Shown here in pieces: positions 40,001 through 49,224 of a DNA stretch of 64,000 bases. Position numbers and translations under genes: made by a program. The notes under the pieces were generated by a model. The model made no database searches and had not been told where the DNA came from. It was given only the letters and a program-made list of their open reading frames with translations. Numbering within the stretch: position 1 is the stretch's first letter; every line of letters starts with the position of its first letter. Location: NCBI GenBank assembly GCA_023245415.1, contig JAHFKJ010000003.1:7196-71195 (forward strand), written 5' to 3'. The stretch comes from Candidatus Gottesmanbacteria bacterium (GTDB taxonomy: Bacteria; Patescibacteriota; Microgenomatia; UBA10105).

Positions 40001-43000
40001 CAGATTCCTATTGGTCACGACCCTGGTGGGATTATACGTCATCATACAACACGGGTGAAAAAGTGACCGAGGGTAAAGGTGTTACCGACAGTCATGGTAA
40101 TTTATTAGTCACGTTCCCTCTAACTATCAGTAAATATAAAACAAGTCAAAAAATGCTCGTTGAGGCAACTGTTACAGACGTAAACAATCAAGCAATTGCT
40201 GCATCTTCGCAGTTTACTGTTCACAAAGCCTCCGTTTACGTCGGTTTGCATCCGCTTAGTTACGCCAATACAGCAAATAGAGAGTCTAAAATTGATTTAG
40301 TCTCGGTAAACAATAAAGGACAGGAACTCTCAAATCAGGTGGTGGCGCTGACGTTTTACAAAAGAACCTGGGAAAGTGTGAGGGAGAAAAACCCCGAAGA
40401 CGGAAAATTCTATTATGTAAGTAAACCAAAAGATACTTTAATATCGCAGTCTACAACCACGACCGATTCGATAGGTAGGAGTCAAGTTGGATTTACTCCA
40501 TCTGAAGGAGGGACATATAAGATAGTCGCTCATGTTCAGGATGATCGAGGTAACCAAAATACAAGCAGTTCATTTATTTGGGTTTCCGGATACGGATTTG
40601 AAACCGCTCGGGAAAACCACGATCGCATGGTATTGGTTACTGACAAACGCGATTATTTAGTAGGCGAGAATTTATCGCTTTTTGTAGCGACTCCTTTTGC
40701 GTCTGTTTCAGCCAAAACGCTGCTAACTGCAGAAAGAGGAAAAGTACTGGATTACAAGATAGTTGATACGAATGAAACATCTAATAATTTCGTTTTGCCA
40801 ATAAAAGATACTTATGCACCAAACATTTATATCGGCGCATTACTTCTAAAACCGGGATCTGAAATTAAAAATCCGCCAGAGTTTAAGATTGGTTATTCAG
40901 AGGTTAAAATTACTGATAAAAAACAGCAAGTCGTAGTAACTATTTCAACTGATAAGAAGAAATATAAACCGAAAGAAAAAGCCAAAATTTATATCGAAAC
41001 TAAAGATCTTTTGGGAAAACCAGTAGCAACAGAGTTGGCAGTTGGGCTTGTGGATAAGGCAGTTTGGGACTTGGCTATTTCAGCGCTTCCTGATATTTAT
41101 AAAACTTATTATCAGCCGCGAAATTTAGAAGTGTCAACTTCACAACTTCTGACCATTTCCTTCGATCGAATCAACGCCAACACGAACTTAGGTGCCAAAG
41201 GCGGTAGCGGTGGTGGTGGAGGGGACGGCGGGGTAGATACAACAAGGCGTAATTTTCCGGAAACAGCCTACTGGAATCCGCATATATTGACTGACAGTCA
41301 GGGTAAAGCTACAGTTGAAATTAATTTACCTGATAATTTGACAACCTGGAGACTGGCAGTTATTGCCAATAGTGAAGACGCCGCATTTGGATCAGGCACC
41401 AGCGAAGTAGTAGTAAGTCGTGATTTGCTGATTCGACCTTTTCTTCCAAGGTTTCTGTCAACAGGAGATGAAGCACAATTAGGCGCCATCATTTCCAATA
41501 CAAGCGGATCGCCGCTTGAGATTCAGACTAAACTAAACGCTCAAGGTGTACTCATTAAAGATTCCGAAACAAAACAGAATAAAGTTGATGATGGAGGGCA
41601 AATTAAATTACTCTGGTCGACTCAGGCTGAGAGCACCACAAGTGCAGTGTTCAAATTTTCCGTAACTGCACTTAATTCCCAATTTACTGATGCAGTAGAG
41701 GTGACATTACCGGTTAAAACGTATAGTATTCCCGAGATAGTAGCAACGGCCGGACTTGCTGCCGATACTGCAACAGAAAAAATAGTCTTACCCCAAGTTG
41801 ATACGACTCAAGGAAACGCCCAAATTACTTTATCTCCTTCCTTAAGTAGCAATGGCTTAAATGGGTTCAAATATTTATTTGATTATCCATATTATTGCAC
41901 CGAGCAGACTATTAGCCGATTTTTACCCGCACTTTATGCATATCACGTTCTCTCTAATGCGCAAATAGACAAAAGTGGCCCATTAGATATTCAACGACTC
42001 AAAGCCGTAGTAAATGACGGTATACAAAGATTAAATAACAGCCAGCATACGGATGGAGGATGGGGATGGTGGATTGAACATGACAGTGTGCCTTATTTAA
42101 GTGCATATGCTTATTCCGGTTTATTAGAAGCTAAAAATAACGGTTTTACAGTTTCAGAGTATACGCTTCAAAAAGCGCGGGCATATTTGGAAAGCCTATT
42201 GGCTCAGGGTGAGAAGAAGATTAATTTAAATTTACAGGCTTATATTTTATATGTCTTAAAAGACAAAAATACACAACTTGTTTCATACGGGGCCAACTTG
42301 TTTGAGCGCCGTTTTGAATTGTCAATCGAATCAAGAAGTTATTTAGCAATTGCCATGAAATCTATTCCGGGTTTGAATGGACAATCTTCACAGCTATATC
42401 AGGAAATTTTAAGCCTTGCTAAGAAAACTGCCACAACTACTGCCTGGGAAGAAACTAAAGCTGATTATGAGTTGATGGGTAGCAATACCTCAACCACAGC
42501 CACAGTCTTAGGAATGATTGTTTTGTTCGACCGTAAAAATCCATTGATTCCTGAAATCGTCAGGCATTTAATGACCACAAAAACAGATGATCATTGGGGT
42601 TCCACACGTGATACCGCAACAGTTATCAAAGCTTTAGCAACGCAACTTTTAAATCAAGGTGATCAGCGAGTAAATGAAACGTATCGATTGGAATTAAATG
42701 GGAAAATATTAAAGGAAGGTCAATTTAAAAAAGAAGACCTACTAAAACTTGAAACATATGTAATAAATATTAAAGATTTTACACAAGGCATTGAAAATAC
42801 ATTGCGCTTTACAAAAAATGGTCAAGGCAACTTATATTATAATATTAATCTAAAATACTACCTGCCTTTTTCGGAAATTGCTCCTTTGGAACAAGGAATG
42901 GTAGTTATACGCGAGTTTGTAAATGATAAAGGCAAGGTATTGCCTACAGATGCAATAATTGAAAATTCCGAAGTTTGGATACGGTTAATTGTGGTTGCTC

Positions 43001-43329
43001 CCGCAGAAAGGCATTATGTAGTCGTTGAAGATATATTGCCAGCAGGACTTGAAGCAGTGAATGAGAGTTTGAAAAATACCAGTGTTTTAAATTCAGTACA
43101 GCCAAAGATCGTAGATGTGCATAAATTTCTCTATTTTAATCACAAGGAATACCATGATGATCGGGTGACGCTATTTGCTGACTATTTATCGCCAGGCGTC
43201 TATGAAGTATCATACCGAGTCAGAGCCACTACTTCAGGAAAATATCACTACCCGCCGGCTAGTGCTTATCAAATGTATACGCCTGATGTTTCCGGTCATT
43301 CCAGCGGAGGCTGGTTGGAAGTAAAGTAG
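37039..43329 (+). CDS. Bacterial alpha-2-macroglobulin with N-terminal TM helices and Ig-like repeats
   Basis: DR.IYRPG, VEEYRRP, R.NFPETAYW, LPDNLTTW, thioester motif CTEQ, QH.DGGWGW, D.LPAGLE, MY.P. Confidence 0.95.
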   Translation: MKKFIINFFLELRNKLTRYSNPPIDGQSGLEIQRSFDKGINDKPKRPLKKSEKFLLLVIAILLGLCLWFIFDNKFYISAYFKIYGVIILFIFTFIAVITIYLWQNRVSEFKGINIFLKFIRLVFIFLIFFGKQLRIWLVNFKQSDRTKRWQMIRIPVFTVAVVSIIMNIWPLFVPPKISTSFPGNTNMEVPLDTKIEIIFSKKMLKVSIEKNFQIEPPIVGTMAWESDQKFIFTPQDKLQRASNYTVKFKGLLLSNFLVPLRGNTELNFKTIGNPKVILASPLNEALENLTPITVVFDRQMIPLTTATNSAVKQSAFTISPPVIGEGRWLGTTAYQFRPVENFKLGTTYKVTIPQGMRSQDEGVLSEDYSWEFSSSRPRVEEVTPKQDYDYASVTASVSAQFNQDLDNESLKDHFTLYDENSHPVPGQIKTNGRVFGFYAFAPLKRESRYQAVISRGVKNTEGPNGLEDDYSWNFNVAAKPLIIKTTPKNGDKEVKGEQNVEVLFKTPMDEESFKNNITISPKQDHPISYYFSSYNDRHSLSISTYLGRSQNYTITIGANVTDQYGVSIGVPYSFSFATAAYEPSISIHPQGTYFGSFSAGIVSRVVVQVINANRVDYKLYKLKNDDFLDLYRRRYENQCGQQIGCSNWQNYNPQNLETVNSWSETFNGDFNVPTQVVTKVLTQPGDKIPPGFYYLDVRISQGPHDNLVMIVSKSALTVKKSDKQLFVWSVNQSTGQVLPNMELKLTDSSGKVLSSGATNPDGVLMQDVNLFNRNNLFVFGQKGDEMTVASTAWSEGINSYDFGLPSYYDSNQRQDYEMQQKYKLFITLDRSIYRPGGKVYFKGLIRKDTDALYEKVQMGEKVKLSITDARNRSVYSESLAINSFGSFSGDFSTSLDANLGNYQISTSYSGSSFSTQFQVEEYRRPEVAVTVTPEKEEYAQNEVLNLTINGAYYFGAPVAEAPVKWVLQTQDEAFRWDKDWRYEFGDSDSYWSRPWWDYTSSYNTGEKVTEGKGVTDSHGNLLVTFPLTISKYKTSQKMLVEATVTDVNNQAIAASSQFTVHKASVYVGLHPLSYANTANRESKIDLVSVNNKGQELSNQVVALTFYKRTWESVREKNPEDGKFYYVSKPKDTLISQSTTTTDSIGRSQVGFTPSEGGTYKIVAHVQDDRGNQNTSSSFIWVSGYGFETARENHDRMVLVTDKRDYLVGENLSLFVATPFASVSAKTLLTAERGKVLDYKIVDTNETSNNFVLPIKDTYAPNIYIGALLLKPGSEIKNPPEFKIGYSEVKITDKKQQVVVTISTDKKKYKPKEKAKIYIETKDLLGKPVATELAVGLVDKAVWDLAISALPDIYKTYYQPRNLEVSTSQLLTISFDRINANTNLGAKGGSGGGGGDGGVDTTRRNFPETAYWNPHILTDSQGKATVEINLPDNLTTWRLAVIANSEDAAFGSGTSEVVVSRDLLIRPFLPRFLSTGDEAQLGAIISNTSGSPLEIQTKLNAQGVLIKDSETKQNKVDDGGQIKLLWSTQAESTTSAVFKFSVTALNSQFTDAVEVTLPVKTYSIPEIVATAGLAADTATEKIVLPQVDTTQGNAQITLSPSLSSNGLNGFKYLFDYPYYCTEQTISRFLPALYAYHVLSNAQIDKSGPLDIQRLKAVVNDGIQRLNNSQHTDGGWGWWIEHDSVPYLSAYAYSGLLEAKNNGFTVSEYTLQKARAYLESLLAQGEKKINLNLQAYILYVLKDKNTQLVSYGANLFERRFELSIESRSYLAIAMKSIPGLNGQSSQLYQEILSLAKKTATTTAWEETKADYELMGSNTSTTATVLGMIVLFDRKNPLIPEIVRHLMTTKTDDHWGSTRDTATVIKALATQLLNQGDQRVNETYRLELNGKILKEGQFKKEDLLKLETYVINIKDFTQGIENTLRFTKNGQGNLYYNINLKYYLPFSEIAPLEQGMVVIREFVNDKGKVLPTDAIIENSEVWIRLIVVAPAERHYVVVEDILPAGLEAVNESLKNTSVLNSVQPKIVDVHKFLYFNHKEYHDDRVTLFADYLSPGVYEVSYRVRATTSGKYHYPPASAYQMYTPDVSGHSSGGWLEVK

Positions 43330-43346
43330 TCCTGCCTGCAAATCTT

Positions 43347-44876
43347 ATGTTAGCAAAAGTCATTTCTGCAGCCACATTAGGTTTACAAAGTATTTTAGTT
43401 ACCGTGGAAGTTGACATATCGAGTGGAACTCTACCTTCTTTTACGATCGTTGGATTGCCGGACAAAGCAGTTGACGAATCAAAAGAGCGCGTGCGCGCAG
43501 CCATCAAAAATTCAGGTGCGGATTTTTTAGCCAGAAGAATTACAGTGAATTTAGCACCTGCAGATTTACCGAAAGAAGGACCGCAATATGATTTACCCAT
43601 TGCGGTGGGGTTGCTTTTAGCTTCGGGTCAGCTGGATGTAAATATTGACAATATGCTCTTTGTTGGTGAACTGTCCCTTGACGGAAGTTTAAGACATACT
43701 AACGGTATATTGCCGTTAGCTTTGCTGGCTAAGGAATTAAAGATCAATCATGTATTTGTGCCAGCTATAAATAGTATTGAAGCTTCAGTCATTGCTGGTA
43801 TATCCGTTTATCCAGTCGAAACGCTTTTGCAGCTATTCCGGCACTTAAATAAAACGGCACTAATTAAAGCAAGTACTTACACGCCTTTCAGTCAGATAAA
43901 AAAAGACCAAGCTTTTGAATTTGATTTTACTGATATCCATGGTCAGGAACAGACAAAAAGAGCATTGGAAATAGCTGCCGCAGGAAGTCACAACATATTT
44001 CTTAAAGGGCCTCCAGGGGCTGGTAAGACAATGCTTTCGCGCAGCCTGCCTTCAATATTGCCAGATTTATCTGAGGCAGAAGCATTCGAAGTTACAAAAA
44101 TCTATTCAGTTACCGGTAATTTGCCATCAGGAGAATCAATTATCAAATATCGACCGTTTCGCTCGCCTCATCATACTACTAGCCGAAATGGATTGATTGG
44201 TGGAGGTACACACCCGAAGCCAGGTGAAATTTCACTGGCTCACAGAGGCGTGTTGTTTTTAGATGAATTTCCAGAGTTTCCACGAGCTGTGCTTGAAGCA
44301 TTGCGGCAGCCTCTAGAAGATGGGATTGTTACCATATCGCGAGCTTCCGGAACTATAGCCTATCCGGCCAAATTCTTGCTTGTTGGAGCTGCCAATCCAT
44401 GTCCGTGTGGGAACTACCAGGATCCGACAAAAAAATGCATCTGTTTTCCAGGGATTATTTCTCGTTATCAAAAACGGATTTCCGGACCAATATTGGATAG
44501 AATAGATTTACATATTGATGTACCGGCAGTGCCGACTGAAAAACTTATACAGAAACATGCTCAACGGGCTGAAGTATCAAAAGAAATAAAAGTCAGAGTT
44601 GAACGTGCGCGGATGCATCAGGAGAAACGTTTTGTAAATTCAGGAATATTTTCTAATGCAGAAATGTCAACCAAACTTGTAAAGAAATATTGTCCGTTGA
44701 CTGCCGATTGTCTGAGTTTACTTCAGCAGGCGGTTACCAAGCTTAAGCTTTCTGCACGCGGTTACTACAAAGTAATCAAAGTATCTAGAACCATTGCAGA
44801 TCTGGCGGAATCGAGATTCGTTAAAACTGAACATATAGCTGAGGCTTTACAATATAGACCAAAGGTGGAAAATTAA
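43347..44876 (+). CDS. comM: YifB/ComM Mg-chelatase-like AAA+ ATPase
   Basis: VGLPD..V.ES.ERV, NLAPAD, GPPGAGKT, FRSPHH, PGEISLAH.GVLFLDE, NPCPCG. Confidence 0.93.
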   Translation: MLAKVISAATLGLQSILVTVEVDISSGTLPSFTIVGLPDKAVDESKERVRAAIKNSGADFLARRITVNLAPADLPKEGPQYDLPIAVGLLLASGQLDVNIDNMLFVGELSLDGSLRHTNGILPLALLAKELKINHVFVPAINSIEASVIAGISVYPVETLLQLFRHLNKTALIKASTYTPFSQIKKDQAFEFDFTDIHGQEQTKRALEIAAAGSHNIFLKGPPGAGKTMLSRSLPSILPDLSEAEAFEVTKIYSVTGNLPSGESIIKYRPFRSPHHTTSRNGLIGGGTHPKPGEISLAHRGVLFLDEFPEFPRAVLEALRQPLEDGIVTISRASGTIAYPAKFLLVGAANPCPCGNYQDPTKKCICFPGIISRYQKRISGPILDRIDLHIDVPAVPTEKLIQKHAQRAEVSKEIKVRVERARMHQEKRFVNSGIFSNAEMSTKLVKKYCPLTADCLSLLQQAVTKLKLSARGYYKVIKVSRTIADLAESRFVKTEHIAEALQYRPKVEN

Positions 44877-44897
44877 CTCGATTTAAGTTAAACAAAA

Positions 44898-44934
44898 AAC
44901 ACAAACCCTCATCAATTCGATGAGGGGTTGTGTT
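44898..44934. terminator. Bidirectional terminator-like hairpin between convergent genes
   Basis: AACACAAACCCTCATC-AATTC-GATGAGGGGTTGTGTT. Confidence 0.7.
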
Positions 44935-44967
44935 AAAAGAATTTAAATTCTTTGTCGTAATAATAGG

Positions 44968-45108
44968 TTAACCGCCGATCTTGTACATACCTGTTCCGCA
45001 AACGGGACACTTACCCTTCATTGCGGGTTTTCCATTTTTCATTGTGACTCGTGTTGCATTAGGATCTTCTCTCTTTGCTCGACACTTGACGCAATACATT
45101 TCTGCCAT
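44968..45108 (-). CDS. 46-aa zinc-ribbon protein (DUF5679-like); not in ORF track
   Basis: MAEMYCVKCRAKREDPNATRVTMKNGKPAMKGKCPVCGTGMYKIGG; two CxxC motifs; SD GGGGGTGA upstream. Confidence 0.88.
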   Translation of the reverse strand: MAEMYCVKCRAKREDPNATRVTMKNGKPAMKGKCPVCGTGMYKIGG

Positions 45109-45135
45109 ACAGTTATTCACCCCCTTCCACGAAGT

Positions 45136-45381
45136 TTACCAACCTAATCTATTTGAAAAAACTGCCAGGATTATTTCTCCGGTTATAAAAAACGTGCTGA
45201 TTAAAATAGTTTTTATCAAATCTTTCTTAACGATATAATCCTGCGCAGGTTGTGGTGAAGTTGTGGTTTGCGGATGTATGCTGGTTTTAGCAGCATTGAA
45301 AATAAAAGGTTGTGGTGTAATACTGAATTTATCTCTTCTTAAATCTGTAAGTTGTTTTTGCTGGCGCGTTTTTTTAGGCAT
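45136..45381 (-). CDS. Small protein with basic N-terminus and C-terminal TM helix
   Basis: MPKKTRQQK...DL.KT plus hydrophobic tail; co-oriented with the zinc-ribbon gene. Confidence 0.7.
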   Translation of the reverse strand: MPKKTRQQKQLTDLRRDKFSITPQPFIFNAAKTSIHPQTTTSPQPAQDYIVKKDLIKTILISTFFITGEIILAVFSNRLGW

Positions 45382-45528
45382 AACTTAGGTTGGTGTACGA
45401 GATATATCACAAATATTTACAGCTTGTCAAATAGTACCCTACTCATACGTCCTCTCATAATACAATTCATTGACAGCATTTAAGACAGCCGTTACAATAT
45501 TGCATATCATTGGTGTTCAATAAATAGA

Positions 45529-45990
45529 ATGATAGTTTGGCTTATTTTAGTAATTATTGGAATTTGGTTGACAATTTTGAGCTTTTTGCTCTTTAAGACC
45601 TTATCCAATTACAATCGTTTAACATACGGGGTAACTGAAAAAACATTGTCCGAAGTACTGTCAAGCTTGCTTGAAAAACAAGAACTATCTGAAAAAGAAG
45701 CGATTCATGTTAAATCCAAGATTCAGGAATTGGAAAATAGGTCTTTTCATTTTATCCAACGGATAGGACTGGTTAGATTTAATCCTTTTAATGATACAGG
45801 TGGAGATCAAAGTTTTGTTCTTGCCTTACTTAATTTGCAGGAGTCTGGTATTATAATTACATCATTATATGCGCGTACTGGAGTACGCTGGTATATTAAA
45901 ACAGTAAAAAAAGGTAAAGGTGTAGAGCACGAATTATCAAATGAAGAAACCCAAAGCTTACAAAAAGCGATGAAAGGAACACTGCCATGA
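45529..45990 (+). CDS. DUF4446-like membrane protein
   Basis: N-terminal TM; RFNPF.DTGGDQSF..ALL...G, LS.EE. Confidence 0.85.
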   Translation: MIVWLILVIIGIWLTILSFLLFKTLSNYNRLTYGVTEKTLSEVLSSLLEKQELSEKEAIHVKSKIQELENRSFHFIQRIGLVRFNPFNDTGGDQSFVLALLNLQESGIIITSLYARTGVRWYIKTVKKGKGVEHELSNEETQSLQKAMKGTLP

Positions 45991-47168
45991 AAAATAAATC
46001 AAACGTTTTTTATATAATTGGTGCGATAGTTCTATATTTAGTTGCAACTGGAATTTCGTATGCAGGATTTACATTAGCAGATCAAAAAAAATCCACACTT
46101 ACAGTAGTTCCTTCAAATGTACCTGCGACTAGCAAAGGCAAACATGTGATAGACCCCTCTATACCACGAACCGAAGTCTGTCCTCTTAACGGCCTTAAAT
46201 TTACGGAAATGGAACGTAAGAAATGGGAAGAAAGACGTCCATTAGCCGTGATGATTGAAAATCACGAGGAAGCTCGACCGCAGTCAGGATTATCTTATGC
46301 TGATATCATTTATGAAACGGTAGCAGAAGGTGGAGTGACTCGGTTTATGGGAGTATTTTATTGCGGTATCGCAGTCGAGAATTTAGCTTTTGCACCAGTC
46401 AGAAGCGCAAGAACTTATTTTGTGGATTGGGTATCAGAATATGATGCTTTATATAATCATGTCGGTGGGGCAGGAAATTGCAATGATGATACTGTTGATA
46501 ATCGGGCAAAAGCGTTATGCCAAATTGGTAAGTACGGAATAAAAGATATGGATCAATTCGGAATTCCGTTTCCTACCTGTTTTCGCAATTACGACCGGTT
46601 AGATCATCCGGTTGCAACAGAACACACGATGGTTTGTCACTCAGATAAATTATATGATTTGGCAAAAAAGCGTGAATGGACAAATGTTGATGAAAATGGA
46701 GTAGCCTGGAATAAAAACTTTGAAAGTTGGAAATTTAAAGAAGAGCCAAAAGATTCTGTTGATGGATCAGTTAAATCAATCTCGTTTGCACATTGGGAGT
46801 CCATGGTAGCCGAATATGGGGTAAAGTTTGAATATGATAAGACCTCAAACACCTATAAGCGTTCGACCGGAGGAAAGCCACATATGGATCTGGAAACAAA
46901 TGAACAATTAGCTCCCAAAAATGTGGTGATTCAATTTGCAAAAGAGACTATAGGAGTCGATGAGCATGGACACGTAATCTATGGTACGATTGGTACCGGT
47001 AAAGCGTTAATTTTCCAGGATGGAAAAGAGATTTCAGGTACCTGGAAAAAAATAAACCGGATTGCTAGAACGAAATTTTTTGACGAAAAAGGCAAGGGAA
47101 TTCAATTTAATCCGGGACAAATTTGGATTGATGTTGTGAGTCTAGATACGAAAATCGCAACTAATTAA
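45987..47168 (+). CDS. DUF3048 (YerB-like) surface protein
   Basis: RPLAVMIEN...ARPQSGL..AD..YE..AEGGVTRF, PVRSAR.YF. Confidence 0.88.
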   Translation: MKNKSNVFYIIGAIVLYLVATGISYAGFTLADQKKSTLTVVPSNVPATSKGKHVIDPSIPRTEVCPLNGLKFTEMERKKWEERRPLAVMIENHEEARPQSGLSYADIIYETVAEGGVTRFMGVFYCGIAVENLAFAPVRSARTYFVDWVSEYDALYNHVGGAGNCNDDTVDNRAKALCQIGKYGIKDMDQFGIPFPTCFRNYDRLDHPVATEHTMVCHSDKLYDLAKKREWTNVDENGVAWNKNFESWKFKEEPKDSVDGSVKSISFAHWESMVAEYGVKFEYDKTSNTYKRSTGGKPHMDLETNEQLAPKNVVIQFAKETIGVDEHGHVIYGTIGTGKALIFQDGKEISGTWKKINRIARTKFFDEKGKGIQFNPGQIWIDVVSLDTKIATN

Positions 47169-47284
47169 TCTGCCCACAGCTGTTATAAAAAAACTTTGGG
47201 TAAAATCATCACTGCCTAAATTGACATATTTTGTATAATATTTAGAATTCCTGCTTCAATGCTTCCGCAACGTATTTAAAATCT

Positions 47285-47860
47285 ATGTTAAAAGATTTGA
47301 TAACTTCACGGGTACGGATAAAAATCCTCACACTACTTTTGAGTAAGCCTGATCAAATGTATCACGTACGTGAAATTGTACGTCAAATTGATGAAGAGAT
47401 CAACGCTGTTCGCCGGGAACTTTTGCACATGGAAAAAAATGCGATGGTAGTGAAGGAGCCTCGGGCAAACCGTTTATTCTACACATTTCGCAAATCATAT
47501 TCTTTATATTTTGAATTACTGGAATTAATTGCAAAGACGACTGGGTTGGGAGGAGAAATTCTTAAAAACAAAGCTAAAATTGGAAAAATTAAATTTGTGA
47601 TGTTTTCCGGAAAATTTGTTCGAAATTTAACCCAAAGCCCGGGCAGCGTAGATATATTAGTCGTTGGAACAGTAGTGCTACCGGAACTGGCACAATTGGT
47701 ACGGATTGAGGAAAATCGTAGGGGGCGTGAAATTAATTACACAGTGATGAGTGAAGAGGAATTTATATTTCGAAAACGAAGACGCGATCCATTTATATTA
47801 GGCGTATTTAGCGGGGCGAGGCTTATGATTATTGGTGATGAAGAAGAGTTAGTATCATGA
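47285..47860 (+). CDS. Winged-helix protein with degenerate nucleotidyltransferase-like C-terminal domain
   Basis: S..R.K.L, VREI.R...E.INAVRREL helix-turn-helix; SG.F...VDILVVG, REINY. Confidence 0.7.
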   Translation: MLKDLITSRVRIKILTLLLSKPDQMYHVREIVRQIDEEINAVRRELLHMEKNAMVVKEPRANRLFYTFRKSYSLYFELLELIAKTTGLGGEILKNKAKIGKIKFVMFSGKFVRNLTQSPGSVDILVVGTVVLPELAQLVRIEENRRGREINYTVMSEEEFIFRKRRRDPFILGVFSGARLMIIGDEEELVS

Positions 47861-49215
47861 AAAAATCAAAGATTATATTGTTAGTTATTTATGTTTTTAC
47901 TGTATGTTCTATTATAATTAGTCTTCCAGATAACCTGCCTCTTAAATTTAATATCGGACTGTTCAAAATCAATCGAGTTACATCTCCACATATTCAAATT
48001 CCGTTTTTAGGAATTGATAAAAAAATATCGACGCATTTAGGCCTTGATTTATTAGGTGGTACTCAGCTGGTGGTTGAGGCAGATATGAAAAATGTTCCAT
48101 CTTCCCAGAGAAACCAGGCTTTGGAAAGCGTACGGGAAGTTATTGACCGGCGGATTAATTTCTTTGGAGTTTCTGAGCCCGTCGTTCAAACAGCTCAATC
48201 AGGTGAAAGCTTTCGGGTGATTATTGAACTTCCCGGAGTCAAAGATATCAATCAAGCCCTGGAAACACTGGGACAAACTGCGAAACTTGAGTTTCGTGAA
48301 TTTACGAAAGAATCTAGTTTATCCGGATATTACGCAACACTCGAAAATACTAGATCCGTGAATTTAACAGGAGCCGATTTAAAAAAATCAGAAGTAGCTT
48401 TCGATCAAACTTCAGGAGAGCCTATGGTGGCATTTGAATTAACTTCAGAGGGAGGTAAAAAATTTGCTGACGTTTCAACCAGATTAGTCGGAAAACGTCT
48501 GGCGATTTTTTTGGATGACTTTGTAGTTTCAGATCCGATTGTTAAAAATCCTATCACTGATGGTAGAGGATCAATCAGTGGCGGATTTACCCCAGACGCC
48601 GCAAAAACTTTAGCTCTGCAGTTATCTGCAGGCGCCTTGCCAACTCCTATTAAAATTATTGAACAAAAAAATATTGGAGCGACTTTAGGACAATCTTCTG
48701 TAGAAAAAAGCATTCGGGCCGGGGAAGTTGGACTATTTCTGGTAGCATTATTTATGATTCTAAACTACGGTAAACTCGGACTTATTGCTGACTTAGCTCT
48801 CATTATTTATGGGTTACTGTCATATGCTTTGTTTAGATTAATTCCGGTAACTTTGACATTACCGGGAATTGCCGGATTTATACTTTCAATTGGAATGGCA
48901 GTTGATAGTAATATTCTTATTTTTGAACGCATAAAAGAAGAACAGAGAAAAGGCAAACCATGGCATATAGCCATGGAATTAGGGTTTGGTCGTGCCTGGG
49001 ATAGTATTAGAGATGCCAATTTCACGACAATAATGACTGGTCTCATTCTTTACAATCCGCTTAGTTGGAATTTTATTCCTTCATCGGGACTTGTAAGAGG
49101 ATTTGCTTTAACACTGTTGCTCGGGGTTATTATTAGTTTATTTACCGGGATTGTGGTATCTAGGAATCTAATTCGAACTCTTTATCGACCTAAAAAATTA
49201 AAAGTCACAAATTAG
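47857..49215 (+). CDS. secD: Protein translocase subunit SecD
   Basis: LGLDL.GG, GVSEP, ELPG, AGALP, GMAVDSNILIFERIKEE. Confidence 0.97.
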   Translation: MKKSKIILLVIYVFTVCSIIISLPDNLPLKFNIGLFKINRVTSPHIQIPFLGIDKKISTHLGLDLLGGTQLVVEADMKNVPSSQRNQALESVREVIDRRINFFGVSEPVVQTAQSGESFRVIIELPGVKDINQALETLGQTAKLEFREFTKESSLSGYYATLENTRSVNLTGADLKKSEVAFDQTSGEPMVAFELTSEGGKKFADVSTRLVGKRLAIFLDDFVVSDPIVKNPITDGRGSISGGFTPDAAKTLALQLSAGALPTPIKIIEQKNIGATLGQSSVEKSIRAGEVGLFLVALFMILNYGKLGLIADLALIIYGLLSYALFRLIPVTLTLPGIAGFILSIGMAVDSNILIFERIKEEQRKGKPWHIAMELGFGRAWDSIRDANFTTIMTGLILYNPLSWNFIPSSGLVRGFALTLLLGVIISLFTGIVVSRNLIRTLYRPKKLKVTN

Positions 49216-49224
49216 GAGTTGCTT

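Noticed and set aside
44981-45238. 85-aa plus-strand ORF
   Set aside because: Antisense shadow of the zinc-ribbon gene and its neighbour, which have an SD and recognisable motifs.
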